A stretch of DNA of 64,000 bases from Klebsormidium nitens (Eukaryota; Plantae; Klebsormidiophyceae). Under the pieces are notes generated by a model. That model saw nothing but the letters and a program-made list of their open reading frames with translations. It did no database searches and had not been told where the DNA came from. Shown here one piece after another: positions 46,779 through 57,701 of this stretch. Position numbers and translations under genes: made by a program. The first letter of the stretch is position 1. Every line of letters begins with the position of its first letter. The stretch is from assembly GCA_000708835.1 (NCBI GenBank), contig DF237038.1:20901-84900 (forward strand), read 5' to 3'.

Positions 46779-47912
46779 GACAGCTGTCGTAAACTTAAAG
46801 TCGTGTTGGTAAGAGCTTCAGGCATCCGCGTCTCAGTCTATGTGCAGTGCCGACTCAAGGGCCTCTGTCCCGAAGGATGACTGTCCTAGAAAGAGTTACG
46901 ATTAACCAACAATCAAACAACTAACAAGATTGTGTGCATCGCCCCAGTGATCATGGAAGCCATGCACGGGGACTCTGTTCGTGCTGCGAGATTGACTTTG
47001 ATCAATCTAGCTAGCTGTCAAGGCCTCCCATTCAAGTGATCGCCTCACACATGGATATCTGAAGCTAGACGGATGATGCAGCTCCAATGATTGCGGCATG
47101 TTACAACTTTTCTCAGCTGCATGCATGACATGCGACCGGGCCCGGGCCCCGTCCTTTCTCTTCTGATTGTTGTTTGTCAGGCTGCACTACATCTCACTCC
47201 GTTGGCGTGCATGACTACACTCAACAAGCGAATTGTTTCACCAATCATCAGGTGCAAGCGAGCACATGACATCATCAGAATGATAAAATTTGTTAGGTGC
47301 CCCAGAATGCATGTGACGAGGCGGGCAGTGCCATTTCTCAGATCGAACTTAAGAGAGAGGGATCTAAGGCGAGACATAATAAGGTTACCGCACGTTGAGA
47401 CAGGTACGGTTACTTTTGGGGTTAAGGTGCGTACAGGTGTGGAGCAGGTAACCTTTTATAATTAGGTTAGGGTTCAAGGGTTAGTCGGACTCAACTTAAG
47501 ATCATCTTGGCCTATCTTCTTGAGTTTCATGTAAGAGAGCGCATGGCCGAGCCGGTTTCCCGCACCGTAGCATTTACCCCGGCCCATGCTATATAAGGTT
47601 CACGGCTTAACTGAATGAGTCTGCATGTAGCTCGAGCGGTTTCACCCGCGGTCATTAATCGCGAAGTCCGGGTCAGATGGCAACGCTGTAGACCGTACGT
47701 CGAGCGATTGCACGTAAATTGATCTCTCTTTTTCAATCAAGCAAACTATCTATGCAACAAACGAACGCTCTGTCTGTTTCACAATCATTTGAGGCGTCTG
47801 CACGCAACGTGCGGACGCTTAGGAAGACGTCCTCGTCTCAATCAGCAACTCTCCACCGACCCTCCGGACACCAGAAAGTCCGCAAAATTATCAACTCCTT
47901 TCCCGGTTGGCA

Positions 47913-50900
47913 TTATGCAGAAAGGACCACCTTCTTCTCGGGCTTTTGGTCCTGAACCATGGGCACGATGGGCGCCTGAAGGAAGATGTGCTTATATACG
48001 AAGGCCGCCAGGGCTGCGCCGATGCAAGGCCTGCAAAAGAATGTTAAAGATTCTCAGGACAAAAAAGGCTATAAATTAGTTTCATATCTGATCAGATGGT
48101 TTCCCCTCTTTCTCTTTGCTTGTCTTTCCAGCCAATGTGGCGCCGATGCAAGGAAGAAGATGGGTAAAGTTCCAGGAAAGTTATCACAAAGGAAGGCGTG
48201 CACCTCATTGAGAGCATGAGCTTTTGTTCTTTTCAAAAGCTTTAACCAAGTGAGAAGGTACCGCTGGCAGAAGAAACGAGGCGACGATCGGTAGAGAACA
48301 CCGGGACTCCTGTGCGGATCGGTTCTTCCAGAGGATTTCGAACGGAATGCCAAGACGGATGGGGGAAGAGCGCTCAATTACGTAATGGTCGAAGTGGAGA
48401 CTCCAGCTCTTAATGAAGGGTGGAAGCTGAACTGCCCAAGCGCATTTTCCGCCTCGGCGTATCAAGGTTGCAATAGTGGGCTGACGTCAACCGCGCGTTC
48501 TCCGCTGTCTGCTAATGCGCAAAGCGCGTCTCAGCCTGCCAGAGCAGACTCTTTTCAAAGATGAGGGCGGTACTTCACGAAGAACATCAATGTGCAGTAG
48601 TGACTGCATTTTGCGCTGTGAATGTTGATCTACTCAATTGTTTGCAAGAAAATGGTAAAGAAAGAAGTCAGCGTAACCCACCCAAACCAGTAGATCCAGT
48701 GCGCGCTCGTGAAGCTGCCGGAGACGAGAGCGGGGCCGAAGCTCCGCGCGGGGTTCATGGAAGCACCTGCGCGGAACCGGAACGGATGAGAGCGGAACAC
48801 AAGGTTTTGTCAAGTTGGAGATATAAGCCGGAGAGGCTGTGCTGATGCGCTTCTCAGAAGGAGCCGAATGTGAAACCTGTAGCCGCATTTTTCTGCTCAA
48901 AGTGGTGCAAATTGCGAAGCGAATCCCACCCCAACAAAACGGCAGATGTTGGACTCAATAAGCTATGACCGGGGGATAAGCAATGAGGGGAGGCACGTGC
49001 CTGCTTGGGGCTTGCCCACGAGGGTGGCCTATCAGCACCGCAAAACCCAGAAACTCCGACACCAAACCAAATCAGAAACGAAACGCCACAAGCTATTCGA
49101 GATAGGATAAGCTATGAGGCGACACGTGGTGGTTCACCAGCACCGCAAAGCCCAACGGGAAGTCCCTTTACCACAACAATTTTCTGAAAGAAACCAGTAG
49201 ATAAACCATGCCGTAAGCTACGTGATAAGAGAGATAAGCTATGCACACGTGCCTGTATAAGGGACGCCCACGAGGTGGTCCACCAGCACCGCAAAGCCGA
49301 TGGGCAGCGGCGCGATAACTCCGGGCCCGCGCCGATCGACGGCGACTCCGAAGATAGTGAACACCAGGATGAACGTCAGCATGACCTCCATCACCAGGCC
49401 CTGCCCCGCATTTACACCGTGGCCCAGGGAGTGCGAGCCGAGGCCGCCCACGAAGTGGCCTGCGGGGGTGGGAATGCGCTCGGGTGAGGAAGAACAATTG
49501 ATAGACAAAGTCGTGCGTCCAGGCCTTATATTGGGTCAGATTCTGGGCCACCCAGTGTTGTCAAAACTGGCAAGCCGGGTATTTCAGCCCACATACGGGT
49601 GAGTTACTGCAGTCCATTCCTTGCCAAAACGTTTTAAAACAACGACGATGACTGTCTCGTTTTGAGTGTGCTAGGGCCACCCTATATCAATTTTGACACG
49701 ACCTCGAACACACAGAAAGAACCGCCAAATATCCACATGCGAAGGATTGCGTCTTGAACGAAGGCCTCGTTCAGTCCTAAACCACCCCAAAGCCAGACAA
49801 TACACCACTGCTAACGAGTGCTTAACCACCTAGATAACCCACCTGGTGTGCACATATCTAGAAGCGCCGCCCCGAAGATCCCCCCCAGTAGCTGAGCGCC
49901 TATGTACACCGAAGCGCGGATCAGGTTCTCCTTTCCGGCGACCACAAACGCCACGGTTACGGCCGGGTTAATGTGACCGCCGGATATCGCTCCCGTGGCT
50001 CCGGCGAGGAGCGCGATCGCGAGCCCGTGTGCGACGGCGATGGCGACCAGGCGGGCACTGTCGAGGCCCGGGGCAAGCATGCCTGGAAGGAGATATGGTC
50101 GCCGTTCAGGGGACAAGTATTCAAATTGTAACCTGGGTGTGGATGACAAACCAGATGGACAGTATATCAAAGCGGCAGAAGCTACTCAATGCCGGCGGGT
50201 TGATTCAGTCGCTGAGATGAAACCAGATGCGTTTAAACAGGTTCGAAGGATCAAACGGGTGATGTTTTGCTGCTGGGCTTGCCTTAGTATCGACGAAACA
50301 GTCCTTCCAACCTACGCGGTCGGAATCGCCTCCTCTGCCTCTCACCGTTACAAAGCATCGCTTGCCTGGATAAGCCCCTAGCGCATTCTGATCACGAGAC
50401 TTTCTGGCACTCTTCTGGGACAACGCCCATAGCTTTCAAAAGAACTGGCCAAGGGCCCCCCCTGACTGAGTTAGACGTCTGATTCGTTTGCTCTTCAACA
50501 GACTGCATTACAAAGCCCCCGGTCACATAATCTCATGCGCCACCAAAATTTTGGTTACGCTTGCTTCAGGTTGTATCTTGTTCACGTACCTGTTGCAACT
50601 ACGGACCCGCAGCCAATGAAGACGAACAGCAGCGTGGCGACGAACTCCGCCCCCGCGGACCGCCAGACCTCCTTGGAGCGGAACGTGTTCTTGTCGCCCA
50701 GCTCGACCTTCATGAAGTTGAGCATGTTCACCAGCTTCACGGCGCCGTCGACCATCGCCGTCAGCTGGTTGTGATGCGCGCCGTCCTGTAACAAAAACAT
50801 ACCGTTTGGCGTTTTGGGCTTCGACTTTCGCAACCTCGAAAATTTTTAGAAATGAAGTGTGACGATACTGTGGATGTTTACCAACTTCACTACGGCGTCC

Positions 50901-51895
50901 ATCACTGCGTCCATCCTGCAAGAAGGGTTTAGGGAACAGGCTATTGAGATTCCGAACTCAGTGCTTTCCGATTTGGCGAAGGTGGATTCTCACGAATCTT
51001 GTATATTTACCAGCTTCACGGTCAGTTTGACCGCTACATTCAGCTGCTTGTGTGGGTGCTCCTGAACGAATCTTGTGCGTGATTGTTGGTCTCAGGAATC
51101 TGTGGGCATCAGGATTCGCGTTCCCATGAGAAAGGTTGGATGTGGGCCACCTTCACCGTGCCTTCCACTATTGCCGCAGCGGTTCTGTCTGAAACACGAT
51201 GTGCGGGGGATCATGATAACATTAAAATGCTGTTGACCCTCAGTGCTGCCGGCTAGTTCCGGTCAACTCAACCGGAACTGCAGATGGTTGAGTTTATTGC
51301 GTACTTCTGCGCAAGTGGCCTAAGCTAAAACTGTTCTCTGCTAGTTTTGCAACGAATTTGAATGTGATCAGAGCGTTAATTCCAATGCCCAGGACCGTCA
51401 GCATAAGTTCTCCGGTCAGCGGTTTACAGAATTGCTGGGTGAACTTGCTTCTTCTTCACAAGCTGTAACCCAACCTATGCTTATGAATGCCGGAATGGTT
51501 TCCAGGACCATTTGGCTGGTAAGCCAAAGAAAATGCCTCAAGGTTCTGTGATGTCTGCGCAACTCCAGACTCTGGTCCTTTTTTCCACAATGTGTCTGCA
51601 ACAGCTTTGATCGGAAAAAGCGGCCTCGCATGACCTAGTCATGACCATTTAACAGGCATATGTATCCCAGATGCAGAGCACAAGCATTCCTAGCAGGAGT
51701 CCACAAAAACAAAGACAACTTTATTCTCACCCCTTGAGACCCATCATCCCGCAGGCTGACGCTCTCGTGCGCCATGTCTTGGTCGTCGTTGATCGGATAA
51801 ATCATGGCAGGGTCGCCCGAGGACCGCACATTGATAGCCTGCCCCTCCGGAATTTGCAGCTCGATATAGCCCCCTGTGCCCTTGTTTGGCGCCAT
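47913..51895 (-). CDS. Aquaporin (MIP), ar/R filter H/H/A/R = hybrid intrinsic protein (HIP)-type; 6 exons, one GC-AG intron
   Basis: Exons 51895-51731, 50785-50590, 50082-49843, 49459-49253, 48766-48682, 48030-47913, phase-consistent. [44 protein letters not shown]; intron 4 donor is AG|GCACGT. Confidence 0.92.
48993..49163 (-). repeat. Two decayed intronic copies of aquaporin exon 4 tail plus GC donor
   Basis: cacgtgcctgcttggggcttgcccacgagggtggcctatcagcaccgcaaa (48993-49044) and 49106-49163 versus real cacgtgcctgtataagggacgcccacgaggtggtccaccagcaccgcaaa (49246-49295); ataagctatg recurs in each unit. Confidence 0.85.
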
Positions 51896-52323
51896 TTCTA
51901 CTTGGGATGCAGATCCAGGTTTCTCTGACCCCTTTGCGCCTTTTGAAGGTTTAGCCACAAGTTTATTGTGGCCGCAGCATCTGTGGCTCCAAGGCGACAA
52001 AGAAGGTTCCCTGAAGAATCACCGCCTCAATGCAAGATTCGCAGTCTTCTTGGACAGCTGTCTGCCTGATATCCAGATGGTCTTTTGACGAATGTGGTCA
52101 TCTCAAATTTTGATTGCATGCTTGAAAGCAACGACCATGCGCCTACTGAGGCTACTCCTTTGACTACAGGGCAGGAGGCAGATTGTGAGCAGGAATGGTG
52201 CTCACTGGTTTACACAGGGTACCTAGGTAATGATGTCCTGATCAGGGGCCAGATCCAGGATCAAGTATAGGGACAGCAGGACTTCACACCTGTGTGCCAG
52301 CAAACATCATAAACATAACGATA

Positions 52324-52505
52324 AAGTTTAATACCTATAAGGATCTAAGAGCTATAAGACACGCCCGGCGAACGGGTGGGGTTGGTATGGTGGTTAGGGT
52401 GGGTTCGGGTGGGGAGCGCGTGATGTTTGTAGGTTAGGGTTTTTAGTTAGGTTGCTGCCCCAGGTACTTCCTTATAGGTATTAGATCCTTATAGGTATTA
52501 AACTT
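52324..52505. mobile_element. MITE-like non-autonomous DNA element, 182 bp
   Basis: Perfect 25-bp TIR aagtttaatacctataaggatctaa (52324-52348) / ttagatccttataggtattaaactt (52481-52505); subterminal repeat ccttataggtatta twice; G/T-rich non-coding interior. TSD not clear. Confidence 0.75.
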
Positions 52506-52726
52506 GATGGGTATGTATATACAGTACACACAGTAAAGAAGCCCCAATTTCGTCTCAAGCACTCGTTGGATCAGCCGGCGGTTACCGTACAGTCTTTTGG
52601 TGTTGTAGCTGCCCTGTTCTCGACGTTGATAAAATCCTTATCGACGGTTACAAGTCATTTTCCTTCAAACCCGTCCGATGATTGTTTTGTTTTCGTAGAT
52701 TACCGTCGGATGAAGGACTCGAAGCC

Positions 52727-55700
52727 ATGCGTGCGCGCGCCGTGGCCGCGTGTGGGGGCCAGACTGAGCTGACCGAACGGCCTAACAATCCAGCTTACCT
52801 ACAGCCCCCGGCGTGCTCTGGCCCGGCAGCTCATGTTGAGTTCGTCTCTAAAGTCGCTCTAACGTAAGCGTTTGCAGAAAGATGCACTCTCCTGATCATT
52901 CGATTGTCGCTGAAGTTTTATTGAGTGAGATAAAGGAATCCTTTATAGTTGCTCTAGAGCACGAGAGCTGGCTAGTCAGCCAAACAGTGCGCTAAATGGT
53001 GACGTGCTCGCATACACACAGTTCAAGGAAGCTTAAGAAGGAAGGCACGCTGCTTAGAGAGCTCCTTTGATCGCAGAGATCAAGTACAAAGAGGATGGAC
53101 GGCTTTGATACTGGCATACAAGATGCCGCTATGCAATTCAACTCGTGAGGCTCCAAATCTCCATAGCTTGACAGCAAGTCCTAGCCGTCACTTTCAGCAA
53201 TGCACAGGCAATTGGTTCAAAATCTCTGCTGCCCCAAAGCATGTGTACTGTTTAGCTGCATCCTCACTCCTGCGAGAGATTGATGTGGCTATTGACACTT
53301 TGAGTGTGCAATTTTTCTTCTCCTGAGCTCGGCAGTCCTTGAGCCTGATCCATTTTTTGACTGCAGCTATGAAGAGTACCTGGATCATCACATCACGCAA
53401 ACAGACATGTTTTACCTCGAAGATGTGGACCTAGCTCGGCAATTGGTGGAGCTGGGGTGAGTCCGATTCTTTCAAAGACCATCTCTTTGGAGTTTTCATC
53501 CCAAGGGAAATAACAGCTCCTGGGCAGCATTGCGAATTTCAAAGTTGCCCTGCGCTTGCTCTACTTTCACCACATGCCCGACACTGATGTGTTTGGCATA
53601 CTTTCTTCAGGGCAATGCTATAGGAAACTCTTCCGTTGCAGTCGTTATTGTTTCAAGTCTTACCAGTATAACTTGCTCGCTGGCAGGTACCGAGGGAATG
53701 GCGAGATCCTCAGAAGGGAGGACTTTGAGGCAAGGAAGGAGGCGGCTGAGCAAGCAAGGTTGCAGGTAGGCCAACAAGAATCTTAACTTGAGAGTTTCTA
53801 AATCGATGAGGAACAAATCAGTTTGCAGACCTTACGGACAAGTCAAGGACCTACATGCAAAACTTTGCATGCATATTCGTTTCCAGATTTTGAATCTGAA
53901 AGCTGTCACGGAGGATGTAGCCTTGCCGCGAGCGACACTGCCTGCTGAATGTCAAGAACCTGGGGTACTGTGAAGATGCCTCTGGCGCTTCCCTTGATGG
54001 AGCCTGTGCTGATATTTTTGCAGAAACTGAGAAACAAGCCTAAGAAACTGTACAGCGTGGGGAAGGATGTGGAAGGACACCCGCTTCTGATGGTAAGAGT
54101 TTCAACACTCCGATTCCCTGCTGTTGGCATTTGCTTTCATGAAAAGAATCACAGCAAATGCCGCCAAGCAACCACGATTTCACCTGCATCAGTTGCACGC
54201 CGTTTCTTACTGGTACAGGTGATTTGCATTGGACTTGAGACGCAGTTTAAGAAAAAGTGGGTTTTCTCCTGCGACTATTCCCAGAAGAGAGACCGGATCC
54301 ACGGGCGTGCGAGTGCATCTTCAGATGCTCGCAGAGAGGGCTGCTTGCTTTCGCCAAATTTGCGTGGCAGCTCTACGGAGGCCAAAGAAGCGCTCCATTC
54401 GATTTCGTGCAGGCTTTGGCGCAACGAGAGGAGCCTGTGAGGAGTGGGAAGCTGGCAGTATCCTTATCAGGCGCTCCAGGCAGTGACTTCACTGCATGCA
54501 AGTCTTATTGTTCGAAGCTTCGAGTCTTGAGTACGTGCATCCATTCATTGAGGTGCTATCTGGCAAGGTCTGTCTTGATTCCGTCCACTGCATGTTACAG
54601 AAGTCTCGAAGCGACAATCTGGCCACTTTTTCCTTCTCCTCTGGAAGCCTGTGAGCCCCTATATGTAAGGTCCCTGCAAGCGTGTTTTGAACAAGCCTCT
54701 GTACTTGACTCAAGTCGTTCAGACTATCATATTCGTCCGTGACGTCAACAGCAAAGGACAAGAGGTACGTTACGCTGCTAGGGAGAGGACTCTGCGAGTC
54801 ACAACTTAGACACCAAAAATCTGAGTTACGCGACTTGTCCTTAAAGCCAATCGAACGTAAACCTGGACGAATTATTCAGTCAATCTCAGTGACCAATTGA
54901 CAAGGGAATCCTGGTTGTTCACCTCCGTTTCGTTTCTTGTGTGATCTTAAATTCCCTCTAGCTTTGCTTCTCCATAGCTGCATGTACGCACCAATCACTT
55001 CACCTCAACCTGAGACGCGTCTTGCCTCCGTCCTTTTCGTCCTATCAATCTCAATTCATCATCGTTCTTGAGAGCGATCCAGCTTTGATTTGACCAACAG
55101 ATTCTGCTACCCAACAATAGTCCAAAATGAGCGCAGATTGGCATACCGCGATCCAGGTGGGGCCAAAAGCGTACCGCGTATTCGGCCGCAGGTGTCTGCT
55201 TATATAGATTACGCCCAGCGGTTAAAGACGGAGGACCTCGACCCGGTGTTTGAATGCAAGAAGAAGTTGCTGCCGCGGCCCTCCGACCTCAGCTTCTACA
55301 ACTGGGAGACGCAGACATCGACGTCGAACGCCACGCCGAACTTTCAGGTCAGCTGCGATTCGATTGGTGACATGTTTGGATTCAGAAGAGACTTGCAAGG
55401 AAGTGGAAAGCCTTATTTCTCGTGATTATTCTTGCTGGTCAGCTGGGCTTGGATTGAGCGGGTTGGAGCGTCCAAGTGACCCGGATTTGTTGGATCTTGT
55501 AACGACGTCGTTGGGGCAGAGATAGAAAGGCTGTGATAGAAGGAGTCAAATTTCTCCGCTGAGCTTGTAGACTTTTACTCTCGTGTGATCAAGGACTCTG
55601 CGATTCTACCCTTCACGAGTTGTTGCTAAGGTTGGCTATATTCCTTCCGTAATACCGAGGACAGAGAGTTCCAGTATACACCGCCAGAATTGGGTATTCT

Positions 55701-56769
55701 TGAGATTGTTCGAAAGTGGATCTCTCTTCGTGCAGGTGATTGCCGACAACGAGGAAGGTCTGCTCTTCAAAAACAAGCGGGACCGTAAAGTAATCAACGT
55801 GAGCGTCTATCCTTGCCCACCGAGAATTGAAAAGCCTTGTTGAGCCTGTGCTTGGAGTATGCAGCAACTGTGTGTTTGTGAGCTTACTCGCTTGACAGTC
55901 GTCACAATAAGACGTCAGATTGGAAATGAAAGTCCAGGTGCCACGGTGCAAGCAAATTCGTTCTGCAGCCCGAGGATGTCCACAAATGTCAAAAAGGTTG
56001 AAGTTTGTGACACATCCACGCTCAACTCGCCGTGCTGCTCTTTGGATTCGCTAAGAGGCAAAGGTCTTTCAAGAAAAGGCATCGTTTGAAAGGTGCTGTA
56101 GCGGTTTCTCCACGCTTACCATACCTGTATAAGGACTTGCGTAAATGCACAAAGGTCTCCCAACTGTGCACGCAGGTCGACCCAAAAGCGAAGCCGGGTG
56201 ACAACTCAGTTCGCACGGAAGTGAGTCGCGCAGTCTGCTTCATTGAAAGAATATTGAGGCTTCAGTCTGAAGTCAGGATGAGCAATTATTGATCAACCCT
56301 ATTTGTTGGATTTATTGCAGTATCCCAGTCTGCTCTCGTGGCTTGGCACAGTTGGCACTGTTTGAACGTCTTCAGTCATCTGAAAATAAGTCTCCTTCTT
56401 AGATTCCACTGCCCTTGCGCTGCACGAAAAGGGAGGACACAACTTCACTGTCGTCTTACGCTCAATCCTATTTGGCTAATGAAATGCAGAATTATGGTCC
56501 TTGTCAAGCTCTCTCTCCCACTCTACAAGTTCCGTCTCAAAGGTGTTAGATTTTCCCAAATAGCCTTCATGCTCGAAGCCTTGCGTACGACCTTCCGTGA
56601 TGGTGACCTCAGAGAGGGGGACATCGCTCAGAAAGTCAATACTCTGCTTCCAACAAGGAATCTTTGCAGTTTCGATCGTTCAAACCTTGGCATTTTTTAT
56701 CTGCAGTTAGTGGATCCAGAATACAAGCAGATAGTCCTCTTTGACCACATAACCCGAAGGCGAAGTTAG
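52727..56769 (+). CDS. CFAP299: Cilia- and flagella-associated protein 299 (C4orf22/DUF4464 family); 10 short exons, first exon tentative
   Basis: Exons (52727-52863 tentative), 53367-53456, 53687-53765, 54024-54092, 54413-54457, 54723-54764, 55192-55347, 55736-55798, 56176-56220, 56707-56769. Spliced product YEEYLD...[34 protein letters not shown]...GKLATIIFVRD...[15 protein letters not shown]...[13 protein letters not shown]...[35 protein letters not shown]...FDHITRRRS follows CFAP299 as I recall it. Confidence 0.9.
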
Positions 56770-57701
56770 GTCCAGGTTTCCGATTTTGCACGGCCTACAG
56801 CGGAGAAGGCTTCCCGTGGTCCTTTGCTGTCCTCGTTCCAGCACTCAATGTATTTATTGCCTTTCCGAGTATTCGCACTCGAGCCAAAACCAAGACTAAG
56901 AAACCACGAAGCGGCGCTTGTCAGAGTGTTGTGTCCATGTCTTGAGCTGCTCTAGATTGGTGTCCAGAGGGTTTTGGGGGTAGTTTGCTAAATCTGCTGC
57001 ATGGGCTCTGCCAGAACTGAATCTGTGGAGCTATACACAGGACGGTCAAAGGTAATCCGCTGGTGCATCCATCCGCTCATGCAGTGTTAGCATGAAGTGC
57101 ATGAACGGTGCGGCATAGCGTTTCTTCGTCGCAAAACAGGTCGTATGACTAGCGAACGGGTACTCAGATACCGGTTATTGAACAAGCAAACAGACCTGTA
57201 TTATGAGCCGCTGAGCGGAACCAGATAGCCTTACCGTTGCTCAGCTGCTCTTCGAGGAGCTACGGCAGTTTAATCGCCTCAATAATTTAGCTGGGTTAAG
57301 CCGACTTGATCAGGGTCATTGGACTGCAATGAGCAGCGCTCTCGCAGTAATATAAGCGGCATGGTTCCGTATGCAACGTGCGAAAATGTTTAAGAATTAT
57401 AAACTTACTGCCGGCTATTTGATGAGTAAACCAGATAAGCTAAAAGTTTGGTGAGATCCAGATCTGCCTCGCTGTTGAAAAAGTCTCAAGACATGGGTCA
57501 GAAATCTCACTGCCTCACAGTATCTACGTTACAATCACAAAACAACAATAAGAGCTTAACACACTGCAACACACTGCATTGAGAACGTTTCTGTTCTCTA
57601 CGATCACTTTCAGTCGTTATTAAAGCTTTTCGACGTTTACTGGTACAGTTGGCCGCCAGATTTACCGACCCCTTCATCTAGCACTATTTGTTGTTTTTAG
57701 G

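Noticed and set aside
55090-55800. PRP8-like reading of the 55-kb exons
   Set aside because: The full spliced product matches the short CFAP299 protein end to end.
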